NCBI GenBank assembly: GCA_028534125.1
Contig: CM052816.1
Location: forward strand, 27,158,001-27,222,000
Length of the DNA: 64,000 nt
Origin: Lama glama
Taxonomy: Eukaryota
Reading direction: 5' to 3'
Shown: piece by piece, positions 11,031-23,318 of the stretch
Layout: each line of letters begins with the position of its first letter
Position numbering within the stretch: position 1 is the stretch's first letter
Made by a program: the position numbers and the translations under genes
The notes under the pieces: model-generated
Told to the model about the DNA's origin: nothing
Database searches by the model: none
What the model saw: only the letters and a program-made list of their open reading frames with translations

Positions 11031-14000
11031 CCTCATCCCATTGCTAAAGCATGATGCTTTGGAGAATAGACAAGGAAATCAATCATATCAACCAACAGAG
11101 GAAAGACCTTTCACAGAAGAGTGAACTGGAGGGAGTGTGATTTTTGACAATCTGCCGACAGGAGAAAGTCAGGATGAGGAAAGAGTGAGGCACTCAGAGG
11201 GACAGACACTAAGGAAGACCATGTACCTGTTTTCTATCTTTTTCTGCCAAGACCCCTGGGCCAGAGCAGCATTTACTACCTTAGAATAATGAGTAGTACA
11301 TGTGGATTTGAACCCTCTCCTTCTGCAAGCTCAAGCAGGAAGGGGGAAGCCTGAGGGGGTAGGTTCAAGTTAGGACCCACATTTGTGTACAAGCTGAGGA
11401 CTTTGGCAGTGAGGCCAGAGGCAATGAACATATTATGCAACTGAGCTGGATTAGAGGCTGGGGTCAGCCAGGAGTCTTTACATATGCAACATATGTCCTG
11501 ATGCCCCGGCTAGATGACAAGTTTTGCTTGTTTGCTATTTCAGTAACAAAGTGTTTCTATTAAAGGAAAACAACTTCAATATTTAATAGGGAATGTCATC
11601 TTTTATTAAAGGCCCTATCAACGACAACGGAACTTGAACAAGGAAAGGATCTTAGAGCAAAATATTTTGTTATCAGGCAACAGTCACAAAATGTTTTGTG
11701 AACTCTCTGTGTTTAGGTAGGACTTTTTTTTTTGTAATTAAGAAATTAAAGAGGAAAGATAAGAGAATCTTCACATCTATATGAGTGAGGACATCACTCA
11801 CGCCAAACCTCTGGATTCTTATCACTTCCCAAGGATACCCATTAATCATGGTTATCTATCTGCTTATCAGGCCAGCAAGAGGAAAACATCAAAAAGCATG
11901 AGCAATCTTGAGCCCTTGAAGAAACCCCGATATTGGGCATGACCCTTCCTGAGGCATCCTCATCAAACAGAAGCTATGTCAACTCCCTCACATGGCAAGA
12001 GGTTATAAAGCTAAAGATTAAAGACTTGATGTTACAGGTAAAACAGGAGCAGCTACGTTGAAAAAAAAAAGATAAATTTCCTCTTTCTTCTGAACTCTTT
12101 TCATGATTGTTCTCTGCTACTTACTTTATACAGAATTGCTTGGCAGCAGTTTTCTGAAAGAAACAGCTGAAGGAAAAAAAATATGTTGCAAGAATTAAAG
12201 AATTTTAAAGTTGTGTTATCTTATCCAGGATCTCAGAGCCTATCTTCCTACCTGCAAGGTTAATATTCAGACACTAGAATAAGAAAGAACTGAGGATGGG
12301 TTGGTAGAAAAGATGTAGACAGAGGATTCAACACAGCATCAATTGATCCATCATCATAAAATTTCAAAGCCTCAAACCAGTCCTAGAGTCAATGCATTTT
12401 ACAGAAACTGATGGGGTAAGTAGCTGGGACTCAGCTTTTATTGCAGGGAGCACCTACCTAAGGTGTAAGCACCATTTGTGTAAAATCTCGATGGACACTG
12501 AGGAGAGAGTAATTCAGCAACCACTTTTGAGCTCTTGCTAACAAGGGAATGTTCTGCAGCATTATCTAGGAAGTCCAATGGTGTTGACAGATCTGTCCCT
12601 AGCAGAGATTATAAAATCTCTCTTTGCTGGCTTGTGGAGGAACTCTCATTCTAAAGTGAGAGATGGTAGGTGCAGCCTCACAGGTGTGAGGGCTGGAGCT
12701 TGTGGAGCTTGGCAGCAGCAGGGCACAAATACATTTGCCTTGCACACTGGAAAGAAGCGTAGCCTTCTGTGAATTACCCCCGGAGGAGCTGAGACCATGT
12801 TGTGACTAAGCGCACAAACAAAAGTAATAGTATGAAACAGAAAGCAGGGAACCTAGACCTTGGAGGACACAAAGGAGGATCCAGGTTGAATCAGATCAAT
12901 CCAGAGCTATTTACTTAGTAACACTAGGTAAAGGTTAATTTGCAGATTCTTCAGTGGGGAGAAAAGGGACACCGGCATCAGCAACTCTGTCATTTTTAGA
13001 GCGTGGGGTCTACATCTGAGACCTGTGATCCCCAAGCTTTCTCAGATACCCTCTGGGGAACCATGAATCATTAAAGTTGTTTGAAAAATACCTGATGTCA
13101 TTGTATAAATGTGCCTTTTTTCTCAGGAAACAATTTTAAAATGTGGCTGGAACCCAAAAAAGTTGACCACTGCTTTAATATTTATTGTATATATAGGTAC
13201 ATACAGTGCACTTATGCAGGGTGGCTTAACCATAATTCAGTAATCATTCTCAACACATCTTTTTTCACTGTCTTAATTTTCATAGTCTTGAATTTGAAAA
13301 CTCATCTAAGTTTCTTCCACATTGTTACATGAAATAGGGCAGATACTGCCTTGTTATGGGCAACAGCAATTTGAGTCCCAGTGTGGTCAAAACCAGAGAA
13401 GCAGCCCCCTTACTGAAGTGACCTAATGAAGTCTGGATCCACTAGGATATGCAATAATCACAGCCAAAGTTTGCAAACTCAAATACTTACAGGCAGTGTA
13501 CAGAAGGTCAAGCCATAAGATGATAAAATGCAAAGAAAACTCACCCTTCCTCTTGGGAGACTATGAGGATCTATAGAGCACATGCCAGGAGCAGCCATGA
13601 CTCAGCTCCAAAGAGTATCATAATGGGATGCACGGCCAGTGTGGCCTGCAAGAAGATCTAGAGATGCGGATTTTTTAACAAAAATTTCTTATATATTAAG
13701 GACAGCCAGAAAAATCATTATTAAGACGTACAGATTTTTACTTGATGCGTGACTTAGTTTTGGGTAATATGAATTAAATGCTTTAAAAAGCATTTTAAAT
13801 TTATCTTAAAGATTTATAAAACTCAAAGTATTTTAACCTTGAATGGTAATATGTAAGAATCGGTAGACAGCTGGAAGCTCATTTCTCTTTGAAGACATGG
13901 CAGATGATATCCTTCACATGATACAGGAGGTCACTAGGAAGAAGCTCAAGAGCATTCCCCTGGTGCCTGGTTTGGGGGGTGTGAACTTGGCCCGTGCTGT

Positions 14001-15185
14001 CTGCAGTGGATAGATATACTCTGTGATATTACTAATTCTGAACAGTAGTTGACTTTATTTTAGGAGGAAATCTTACTATCTATGTCTAGGGAAATGACAG
14101 AGAATCAAGGGTGCCAAAAGGGGACAAAAAGGGAAATGAGACTGTAAAAAGCCCATGCTGCCAGCCTTTTCCGTCCCTCCTAAGGCAGGAAGAGCTAGGT
14201 ATTACAAGTCAGAGCAGCAGCAGCCAGGCATAGAGGGCACATGAGCTGGTGAATAGGAAAGCATGGGGTGCTCATTTTGGTAAAAGAAATGCCTCTAATA
14301 AACATGAGCGTTTACCCTGGGAGATACCTGAAGCCTAGAGACAGATATACGAAACCTGACTCAACCACACCCAGGAGACATTTATTCTACCAAGCCCAGT
14401 ATCTAATGGGCAGTGTTGGAAGAGATCCTTAGGGATCATATGAGTTTTGCATTCAGTTCTTGCAGAAATTCAGTGCTTAAAAAAAAGGGCTGATTTCACA
14501 GTTACCTAACTTGCAATCCCTTTGCTTTAGTTCCAGCCAGACAAGGCAAAGTGTTTAGTGTGTTCTAAAAGCTTCTCTTTATGGAGAGAAATATGCCATT
14601 ACTTTATATGCACTAGGACTCTAGTCTTAAGGACAGTCACAGGTGTCCATTGTGAGGACCATGCCTAGGAGAAGGACATTCTGTATAACTTCTTTGGTGA
14701 ACTGGCTGTTCAAATATTTTGCTTATTTTTTTATTCCGATCGATTTATTAAATCTCTCCTGACCCTGGCCTGCAGAAAGAGTGGTCACCCTGCACTGGCA
14801 GGGCAGTCTCCAGAGAGATGGAAAACAAAATGTTCACAAAGTGGCTCAGAGTTGCCCAGGAGCCAGCCACCAACAGAAATGATGTACAAGAATAGAGAGA
14901 TACTGGTAAATCAAATCCCTGTTGTCTGAGAATTTGCAATTACTTGTCACCTAAATAAAAAATAAATGTAAACAGAAAACACAAAATTATATGGCATTAA
15001 TAAGTACAAATAGATCTATCACTGGTCACAAAAATTTAAGATTTATGTAGAATCTGACTACGGTGCTGGTATCTGAGCATAAGGATAATGCTGAATTCAG
15101 GGGCTAAAGTGAGAAAACTGGCCTCCAGCATTCTAGACAAGGAGACACCAGCTTTGACCTCTAGTAGTGTCAGACCTTAGTCACT

Positions 15186-15575
15186 TTGATGGTCTTTTTG
15201 ATGTATCAAGTTGGCTAAGCTACAGACCCCAGTTATTTAATCAAACACTAACCTAGGTATTGCTCAGAAAGTATTCTGAAGATGTGATTAAAGTCCACAA
15301 TCAGCTGACTCTAAGAGAAATTATTTCAGTTAATCTGAGCAAGAGATATTCATCTATTGAAACACTTCAAAAGCAGAGCTGAGGATTTCCTGAAGTAGAA
15401 TTTCCCCCTGTGAACAGCCTAAGCCCAGGAGTTGCACTTCCTAATGGCCTGCCCTACAGATTTTGGACTTGTCTAGCCAGCTCTGACAACTGCATAAACC
15501 ATCTCCTTGCAATAAATCACTTGATATAGATCTCCTACTGGTTCTGTTTTTCTGGTTGAATTTTGATTGAGTCAC
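15186..15575 (+). mobile_element. MLT2 (ERVL) solo LTR, MLT2D-like
   Basis: tcaagttggctaagctacagaccccagttatttaatcaaacactaacctaggt...tctcctactggttctgtttttctgg. Confidence 0.8.
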
Positions 15576-15579
15576 CTAT

Positions 15580-16110
15580 TGCCTAACTTCTTCTTGGACT
15601 GTGTAGCCTTGGCCTCATTTTTCATAAACATGTATTAGCTCACAAAACTTTTAAAAAACAAACTAGTCTCAAGTTGTTTCCTCTAAGCAATACATAGCTG
15701 CAGTTTAAAAACTTTAATGAATTGAGTCAATAACATATTTGAATTTTTGTGACCAGTGATCGATCTATTTGTATTTATTGATACCATCTAGTTTTGTGCC
15801 TTCTGCTTACATTTTTCTTTGCTCCCTCTTCCTCTCTTTCTGTTTGCATTTTGTTGCATTGCTAAAAAATTTCAAAATTTCTTCTCCTGTTTTCTTTTGC
15901 TGGTTTGAAGCCTATACAATGTATCGGCCTTCTTTCAGTGGTCACTATTATTTTATATCTATATTTGTTTATATTTTTCATAACAAAACATAAAGTCATT
16001 CCCAAACATGCCATGGAACTTACTGGATTTTAAATACCATCAAACAACCCCAAAAAAAATCTTGCTGTTTTTTCTGAGCTTTAGTTTTATTATTTTTATA
16101 TATGCTAACA
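15580..16110 (-). mobile_element. Old L1M fragments
   Basis: T-rich, diverged L1-antisense-like sequence (tttcttttgctggtttgaag; ctttcagtggtcact). Confidence 0.4.
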
Positions 16111-18859
16111 TTTGTTTTGATTAATTTTCATAGTAAACTGTTAATTCTTTACCATTTCTAAATTCAGGACCAAGAGAGTGTGTGAACAAAGGAGCTATCT
16201 TGCCCTTAATTTAACTTTTTATTATAGATTTATCAATATTTGACATGATCTCAAGTATTAAAATTCTCAAGATACATCTTAAACAGTGTAACCCCAAAAT
16301 GCTCTAAAATTTCACAAAACACCACCAAAAGATGAGGAAACTACAACTGTTAAGTTTAACTCATTACATTTCCAAGAGATATTCTGTCCCTTTTCATGAA
16401 ATTCTAGAATGTTTTACCATAGAATCAGAAAATAATAATAAGGCATCCACAAATGCCTTCAAAATATCTAGAAGCAAAAGGTTAATCTTTAGTGGTATCA
16501 GATAAAAATTTAATATACCTTAGATATGAAGTTACAGATTATACAGTATAAGACAGCATTTAATAAGCAAAAAAGAATTTCCTTTTCCTTAAACTTTTTC
16601 TTCAGAGACATAAAATTGTTCCTTAATTAAGAATCAAGATTTTAAACCACTACTAATTAAACCAATGTGGTTACTGAAAAAGATTGTGGCTCTCAATCCA
16701 TTGATTTGCACAAGGTAATAGCCATTATTATACTGAATTCAAACCTTCTGGGAAAGCAGAACACAAACCCTGAACTTAAATAAGATTCAGAGTTGTTCTA
16801 AAAATGGTGTAAGTCAATATTTAATCAATCAGAACAAATTTGTTTTTGTATAAAAATTTAAACACGCAAAATGAACACCTTGAGACATTTCTGGAATATA
16901 TGAAAGCACAGAATTTCCAAATAAACACAGTCTTAGCTTATGAGTAAAGGCCTCCGTTGTTGTGGGCTGCAAAATAGCAGCACAGTGTAGACAAAGCGTG
17001 ATAGGGCCATAGATCACAGTAATAACATTTGCAATAAACAATAACAGAACAAAGCAGACATCTATAAGAATCCCACGAGGAATTTACGTTATCCATAATT
17101 TTTCTTTACATTTGAGAAACTATGGCAGGAAAGGCCATTACATTCAATGGCACCAATTAATTTCTGCAACTTTTAATGACATCTTTCTGAGTAAAAACCT
17201 CACATAATGCCCTGAGCACATGACTGATCGCAGCTTGTGTTTGATTTGTACTGGATTTCTGATTTTTTTTTTTAGTATTTTTAAAGAGTCCCTCTGCAGC
17301 CAATCAAGCAATCAACAAGAAATACTCAGATTCTCTCTTGAAAAGTACAAGAAAAAAGAAAAGACAATGTGGCTTCTTTCCTGAGCCAACAGACGACTGG
17401 TGATGTTATTTAAGCAGTTTTCTGGATGATGGATTATGGAGATTTTTATTCCAAGGGAAAATGGTAGTCAAAGAAAACCATTTAATTCTTGTTCTATTCA
17501 GGATATCAGAGTATAACACTACTCTTAGATATGGGTTTGTAATACACAATTTCCCTTTATTGACTTTCTTGGACCTCAGCAAAAAGTATTTCTTCACATC
17601 CTAGAAAATATTCCAAGTCTGTAATATCGTTGAAAGAATTTAAAGTGAATAAATAGGACCACACAAGAACTCACATATGTTTTTGGTGGGCATGATCATG
17701 GGAAATGAATCCTTGACTAGCATGGGGTTTGGATGAAGCTTTTCTTTCCTTTAACCATAAAAGCTCCAGTCAGAATATGGTTGAGTAGTTTAAAAAATAA
17801 GTCTGCAATCTGAGATAGTGAGTTTATCTAGTGGTGTGCTGGTAAGTGCAAGGGTCTTACCCTCAAGGAATGTATTCTTTAGAAGGGTCTTCAGAACAGG
17901 AAACAGAGAAGCATAGGAAGAAGCTGCAGATCATGTATGAAAGTGACATCCTACAAAGCAAAAATGGCCCGATGAAGACCAGCTACTGCCCAGACCACTT
18001 ATGAGTAATTACCACGAGGAGAATATGGAGTGTCTAGGAGAGACAGAACATGCAATCATTCCATAAATGTTCGTTGTCTATTTTAGTCAAGATACTGAGA
18101 CAAGTTTAGAAAGGCTAAATGGCTTGCCCAGGGGCACAAAGGAGGTAGTACAGAGTTGGTGTCATCCAACTCACTTCAAAATCATAGTCTATAAACAGTA
18201 TGTTTTAGTCAGTCACGAAAATAGCAAACAAAAGGACATTATATTTCATGATTAAGTGAATTCAAATGAAAATTAGTGTAAAATTCTTCTATTAATTGGT
18301 GTTTTAAATATTTCCGAACTATTTCAACCATAGATTTTAATCATATAAGAAGATCATAATCCTTGTTCAAGGGGCTCTACTTAACTGCTAGCAGTCTTGT
18401 GTTCATAGTTAAGGAAGAATCAACGCTTAGATACTTGAGGAATAAATACACCCATGCCTTTAAATTTCCACAACTTTCCTATAATTATCCAAGGTTCTGG
18501 GTATGTTCATTAACGAAGAATTCCAGATAGCCCAGCAGTCACTCAAATTCTACAACCTCTGCTTACAAATAGGGTTTTAAATGACAGAGAACTAGGCTAG
18601 AGATGATAAGATTCAGATTTTTCCATGACCACTAATATTACACGAAAAAGTTCTGTGGTTTTATACCAGAGCAAGCTGTGGGCTATGTTCTGATGTGTGC
18701 TTTATGTGATCTTTCCTTCAATCCACAGAAAGCTACATAAAAATGGAGTAACTTTTTTTTCTAATGAACTTATCCAATTTTACTTTCTACATTGCTTTTA
18801 CTTACAAGATTGCTGCCTGACTCTTCACTTCTAAAACGTTACCGCCGTAGATAACTACT

Positions 18860-19010
18860 AAGGATTATTGCATACTAGAGAACTGGAAGTGACCTCAGAG
18901 GTAATAAACTCTAATATCCTCATTTTACAAATCTAGAAGTAGAAACTTTGAAAGCACTCGCCCAAGACCCCTGAGAAGTTTGTGGCAAAGCCAGAGTAGA
19001 ACATAATATA
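18860..19010 (-). mobile_element. MIR/MIR3 fragment
   Basis: ctggaagtgacctcagagg...cctcattttacaaat...gcccaagacc...gtggcaaagccaga. Confidence 0.6.
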
Positions 19011-19477
19011 TACAGTGATGCTCTCTGATGATTCTTTCTGTAACATCAAAATCAGTGTAAGAAGAAACAGGGCATTGCACTGTATTCCCAAAAACATTTT
19101 GTGAGTCCTGTCAGAGCCTGGCATATTCTTTTGCCTTCCCCTCTTAAGAAGACAAAACCAAACCTTGAACAGAAAGATCAAGATCAAACTTAAAATTATT
19201 CCTTGAAGTATATATATGTGTTAGTATTCTAAACAGTCAATACTGGCCATTGTTATTCCTCTTAGCAGAGGCTTAGCCTTATGAATTGCCATGTACTATT
19301 TCTCCTGTAAAAAAAATGTACTCCTTGTATTTGAAAAAAAATGTATTCCTCATTCAGCTGAAGAAAGCAGGGGAAATGGGAACGAAGTGTTGAGAAAACT
19401 AAGTGAGAGATGAAGAGGAGAAATGGGGAAAGAGGACAGAAGATAGTGAGATATTTAACTTAAATGTATGAGGGGAC

Positions 19478-20182
19478 CACCTCACACCCACTGGGATAGC
19501 TATTTAAAAAAAACAAACAAACAGGAAGTAAGTGTTGGCCAGAATGTGGAGACACTGAAACACTTGTACACTGCTGGTGGGAATATAAAATGGTGTAGCA
19601 ACTGTAAGGCAATTTTTTAAAAAAGTTAACATAGAATTACAATACGATCCAGCAATTCCACTTCTGGGTATTTACCCAAAGCAATGAAAGCAGGGACTTG
19701 AACAGATGTTTGTACACCTGTATTCACAGCAGCCTTGTTCACAAGAGCCAAAACATGAACACAACATAAATTGATGGATGAATGGATAAAACAACTGTAG
19801 CATATCCATACAATAGAATATTATTCAGCCTGAAAAAGGAAGGAAATTCTGACATATGCTACAACATGGAAAAACCTTAGAGACATTATGCTAAATGAAA
19901 TAAGCCAGTCACAAAAAGATAAATACTGTGTGATTTCATCTATATGAGGCACTTAGAACAGTCAAATTCATAGAGACAGAATGTAGAATAGTGTTTGCCA
20001 GGACCTGCAGAGAGGGGAGGAGGAGGAGCTGTTGTTTAATGGATACAGAGTTAAGCTGGGAAAGATGAAAACATTCTGGTGATGGCTGCACAACAATGTG
20101 AACATACTTAGTGCCCTGGAACTGTACATTTATAAATGGCTAAAATGGTAAATTTTATGTTACGTATATTTTACCACAATTG
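19478..20182 (+). mobile_element. L1MB-type 3' end
   Basis: cacctcacacccactgggatagc; ccagcaattccacttctgggtatttaccc; ends ggtaaattttatgttacgtatattttaccacaat. Confidence 0.9.
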
Positions 20183-21229
20183 AGAAAAGAGAGCTCTGGG
20201 AGAAATTCATGAAAGGCAGAAATGTAAATGAGCCTTATACTTCAGGATGCACTAAAAAAACTTTCCCTGAAGTAATATTCATTATTTTTAGCAAAAGTAG
20301 TTCTTTTTGTTTCCAAAACAAGCAACTGTCTTTCAAAGACAAGTGATTTGGGGGCAAGTCCACTTTCCTTTGCCGCAGTGTATAATGGTAGATAGACTAG
20401 TGGACTCTTTCTACCTTAGAAAAGGTATCACAGATTTCAGACGTGTACACTCAATGGAGACCATATATTTTTTCCTTTCTGCAGTACAAGATTTGCTTTG
20501 ATTATTTCTACTTAAAAATAAATAGCCCAGTCTTTTATTTTTGTAATACTCATTCTGATCGATCCAAAGACAGCAGAAATGAAATATTTGTTCTTTCTAC
20601 TCCTTTACAGTTAGTTTTTCTTTAATTATAGGAAATTCTCTTTATAAATATTCTCTGTGTTATCAGGCAGCATCGGCTATTGGAAACTCAGCCTGGCTGC
20701 CAAGTTTATTTTAGTCTTTACAGCTCCTACCATGCAAGGACGTTTCAACTTCTCCCATATCCTGTTAAGAGATTAGTCCAAACTGCAAAGGACCACTATT
20801 TATTAAATGACAGAACAGCTTCCCATAAGCATAGATGATAGGAAACAACTTATTTAAGACATTTAAAACAGTATTCATGTTTATTGGCAAAATATATAGT
20901 ATCTTGAGGTGAATGCTTGCTTAACTGCCACTACAAGAATATCCTATTATTATTACTCAGAGATTTTTAGGATGATGCTACTGTGTGCTAGATCATTTAC
21001 TATTCTGTTGCAAAGGGTGGACAGATATGGTTCTTGCCCCAGAGGTACTAATCATTTACTAGAGGCATTATAAGACAGGTCTTGGTTAACCTACTTTATA
21101 CAGTTTCATGATTAAAATGGTTGATGAGCAGTTCTGTCCCCAATGCATCTTCTTCATGTGTCTCCGTCTCTTGTGGTATGGAGACCACATCACATAGCTC
21201 ACTGTCTACATTAAGATGAGTTTACTATT

Positions 21230-22107
21230 CTATTGTCATCAATCGCATTACTTTACTATTTCAAGGGTCTCTTGAAATAAGCTATGTTGTGTATTACAGG
21301 AATTTCCCCAAAGATCCATTAACTCTTCAATTGAAAGCATTAACAGGCAGTGCACATCCCAAGTCTCTAAGTCTTTGCCTAAAGGTGATTGCAATTGCTA
21401 TCAAGCCTAAACTATTATGCAAAAATCCTTAACCAGTCCTACTCAACTTCCAGCTTTAAAAGACCATCCTTGAACCCAGACTTCAAAATCCTAATAAATT
21501 GGAACTTGTCCTCCCCTCAAGTGTGTGGTATTCACAATAGTCAAAAGATGAAAAAATAACAACAAAAACCTAAATGTCCATCAATGGAAGGATGGATAAA
21601 AAATTGTAGTATAGCTATACACCGACATAGTATCAGTCATAAAAAGGTCAATGTACTGATTGATACATGCTACAATGCAGATAAACTTCAAAAACATTTA
21701 ACTAAATGAAAGAAGTCAGACACAAAAGGTCAAATATTGTATGGTTCAATTTATGTGAAATATCCACAATAAATGAATCCATAGATCCAGAAAGCAGGTT
21801 AGTGGTTGCCAGGGATTTGGAGTGGTGGAAGGGGAATGGGGAGTGACTCCTTAACACTTTCCTTTGGGGGTGATGAAAATGCTTTGGAGTTAGGTAGAGG
21901 TCATGGTTGTACAACACTTTAAATTTACTAAACACTACTGAATTGTACACTTTAAATGGGTAGATTTCATGTTTTGTGACTCTCATCTCAATTTAAAAAT
22001 TTATTTTTAATCCTGTGGAATTGGTATTTTCTCTTACTTTGATGAGGAATAAACTTGTATTATTAACAGCTTGTTTAAATGATATCTGGGGAGTCAGCAT
22101 TCAATCA
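21230..22107 (+). mobile_element. ERV1-like LTR (MER89/90/110-like) interrupted by an L1MB
   Basis: LTR-like motifs on both sides of the L1: ttaaccagtcct...cttcaaaatcctaataaa before, and aataaacttg...ggggagtcagcattcaa after. Confidence 0.4.
21525..21998 (+). mobile_element. L1MB-type 3' end
   Basis: aacctaaatgtccatcaatgg; aaagaagtcagacacaaaaggtc; gaattgtacactttaaatggg...atctcaat. Confidence 0.9.
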
Positions 22108-22116
22108 CTATAATTT

Positions 22117-22403
22117 ACAGACACAGAAAACAAACTTACAGTTACTTAGTCAGGGAAAGGGGGTGGGAAGGGATAAACTGGGAATTGGGGATTGCAGATA
22201 CTAACTACTATATATAAAACAGAAACAACAAGGTCCTACTGTATAACACAGAGAACTATATTCAATACCTTGTAATAACATGTAATGAAAAAGAATACAA
22301 AAAGGAATTATGTATATATATTTATATATAAAACTGAATCACTATGTTGTACACCAGAAATTAACACAACATTGCAAATCGACTATACCTCAATAAAAAA
22401 AAA
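22117..22403 (+). mobile_element. Young L1 3' end (~285 bp)
   Basis: agaaaacaaactta...gactatacctcaataaaaaaaaa. Degenerate TSD aatcactataatt / aatagctataatt. Confidence 0.9.
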
Positions 22404-23054
22404 TAGCTATAATTCAAAAGAGACCATAACCCTGTTTGGGTTTTGAAAACAAGTCACACTCTCCTTGGCTGTGACCCTCCAAGACTTCCAAAGCTGAAGT
22501 TTAATTTCCCTCAGTTTTCTCTCCCTGTAAATAAATGGTCCCCTTTTGGCTACCGTGTTTTATCCTCTTATGTCTTATCTTCCTACACTTCAGTAATCTT
22601 TAAGATGCCATTCATTTTGAGTCACTCCTGTTTGCAAATTCTAACCCGTTTGGTTAGCTCTAAATTAGCATATACAGTCTGCTTTTCATTATGATGCCTC
22701 AATTCTTTAAAAAATTGTAATTTTTATATATATCTACTTTTTGGTTTGTCTTTTCTTGTTTGTAACTTTTTAACAAATTATTATTTTTTAAAGTTAAGTT
22801 CTTATGTTGAAACCACAAAGACTCTAAAAAATCTTGATCAAAAAGATCTATTGTGAGGATTCTATATTCAGTTGTGCTATAACAGGGTTGGAATGGCAGC
22901 AGCTGGGCCTGGGCTAGTCTCCATCTGTGCAAATATGAGATATAAGCCTGTAGGAGATGGTCCGCATTCCTGTCTCCTTTATCCAGGTTTTTTGTTTCTA
23001 TTCAGATATGCTTATCCTGATTCACTCTCATTCCCATTTTTTCCTGATGGCTTC

Positions 23055-23318
23055 TGAACTATGTATAAAATAGATAAACAATGTTTCTTCTGTATAGCAC
23101 AGGGAACCATATTCAATATCTTGCAGTAACCTATAATGAAAGAGAATATGAGAACAAATGTGTGTGTGTGTATATATATATATATATGCGCACGTGTGTA
23201 TGTGTGTGCGTGTGTGTATGTGTATACATATGCATGTATATGACTGAAGTATTGTGCTGTACACCAGAAATTGACACAACATTGTAAACTGACTATACTT
23301 CAATTAAAAAAAAAAAAC
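23055..23318 (+). mobile_element. Young L1 3' end with (TG)/(TA) expansion
   Basis: aaaatagataaacaa...tatagcacagggaac...ctgactatacttcaatt followed by poly-A. Confidence 0.9.
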
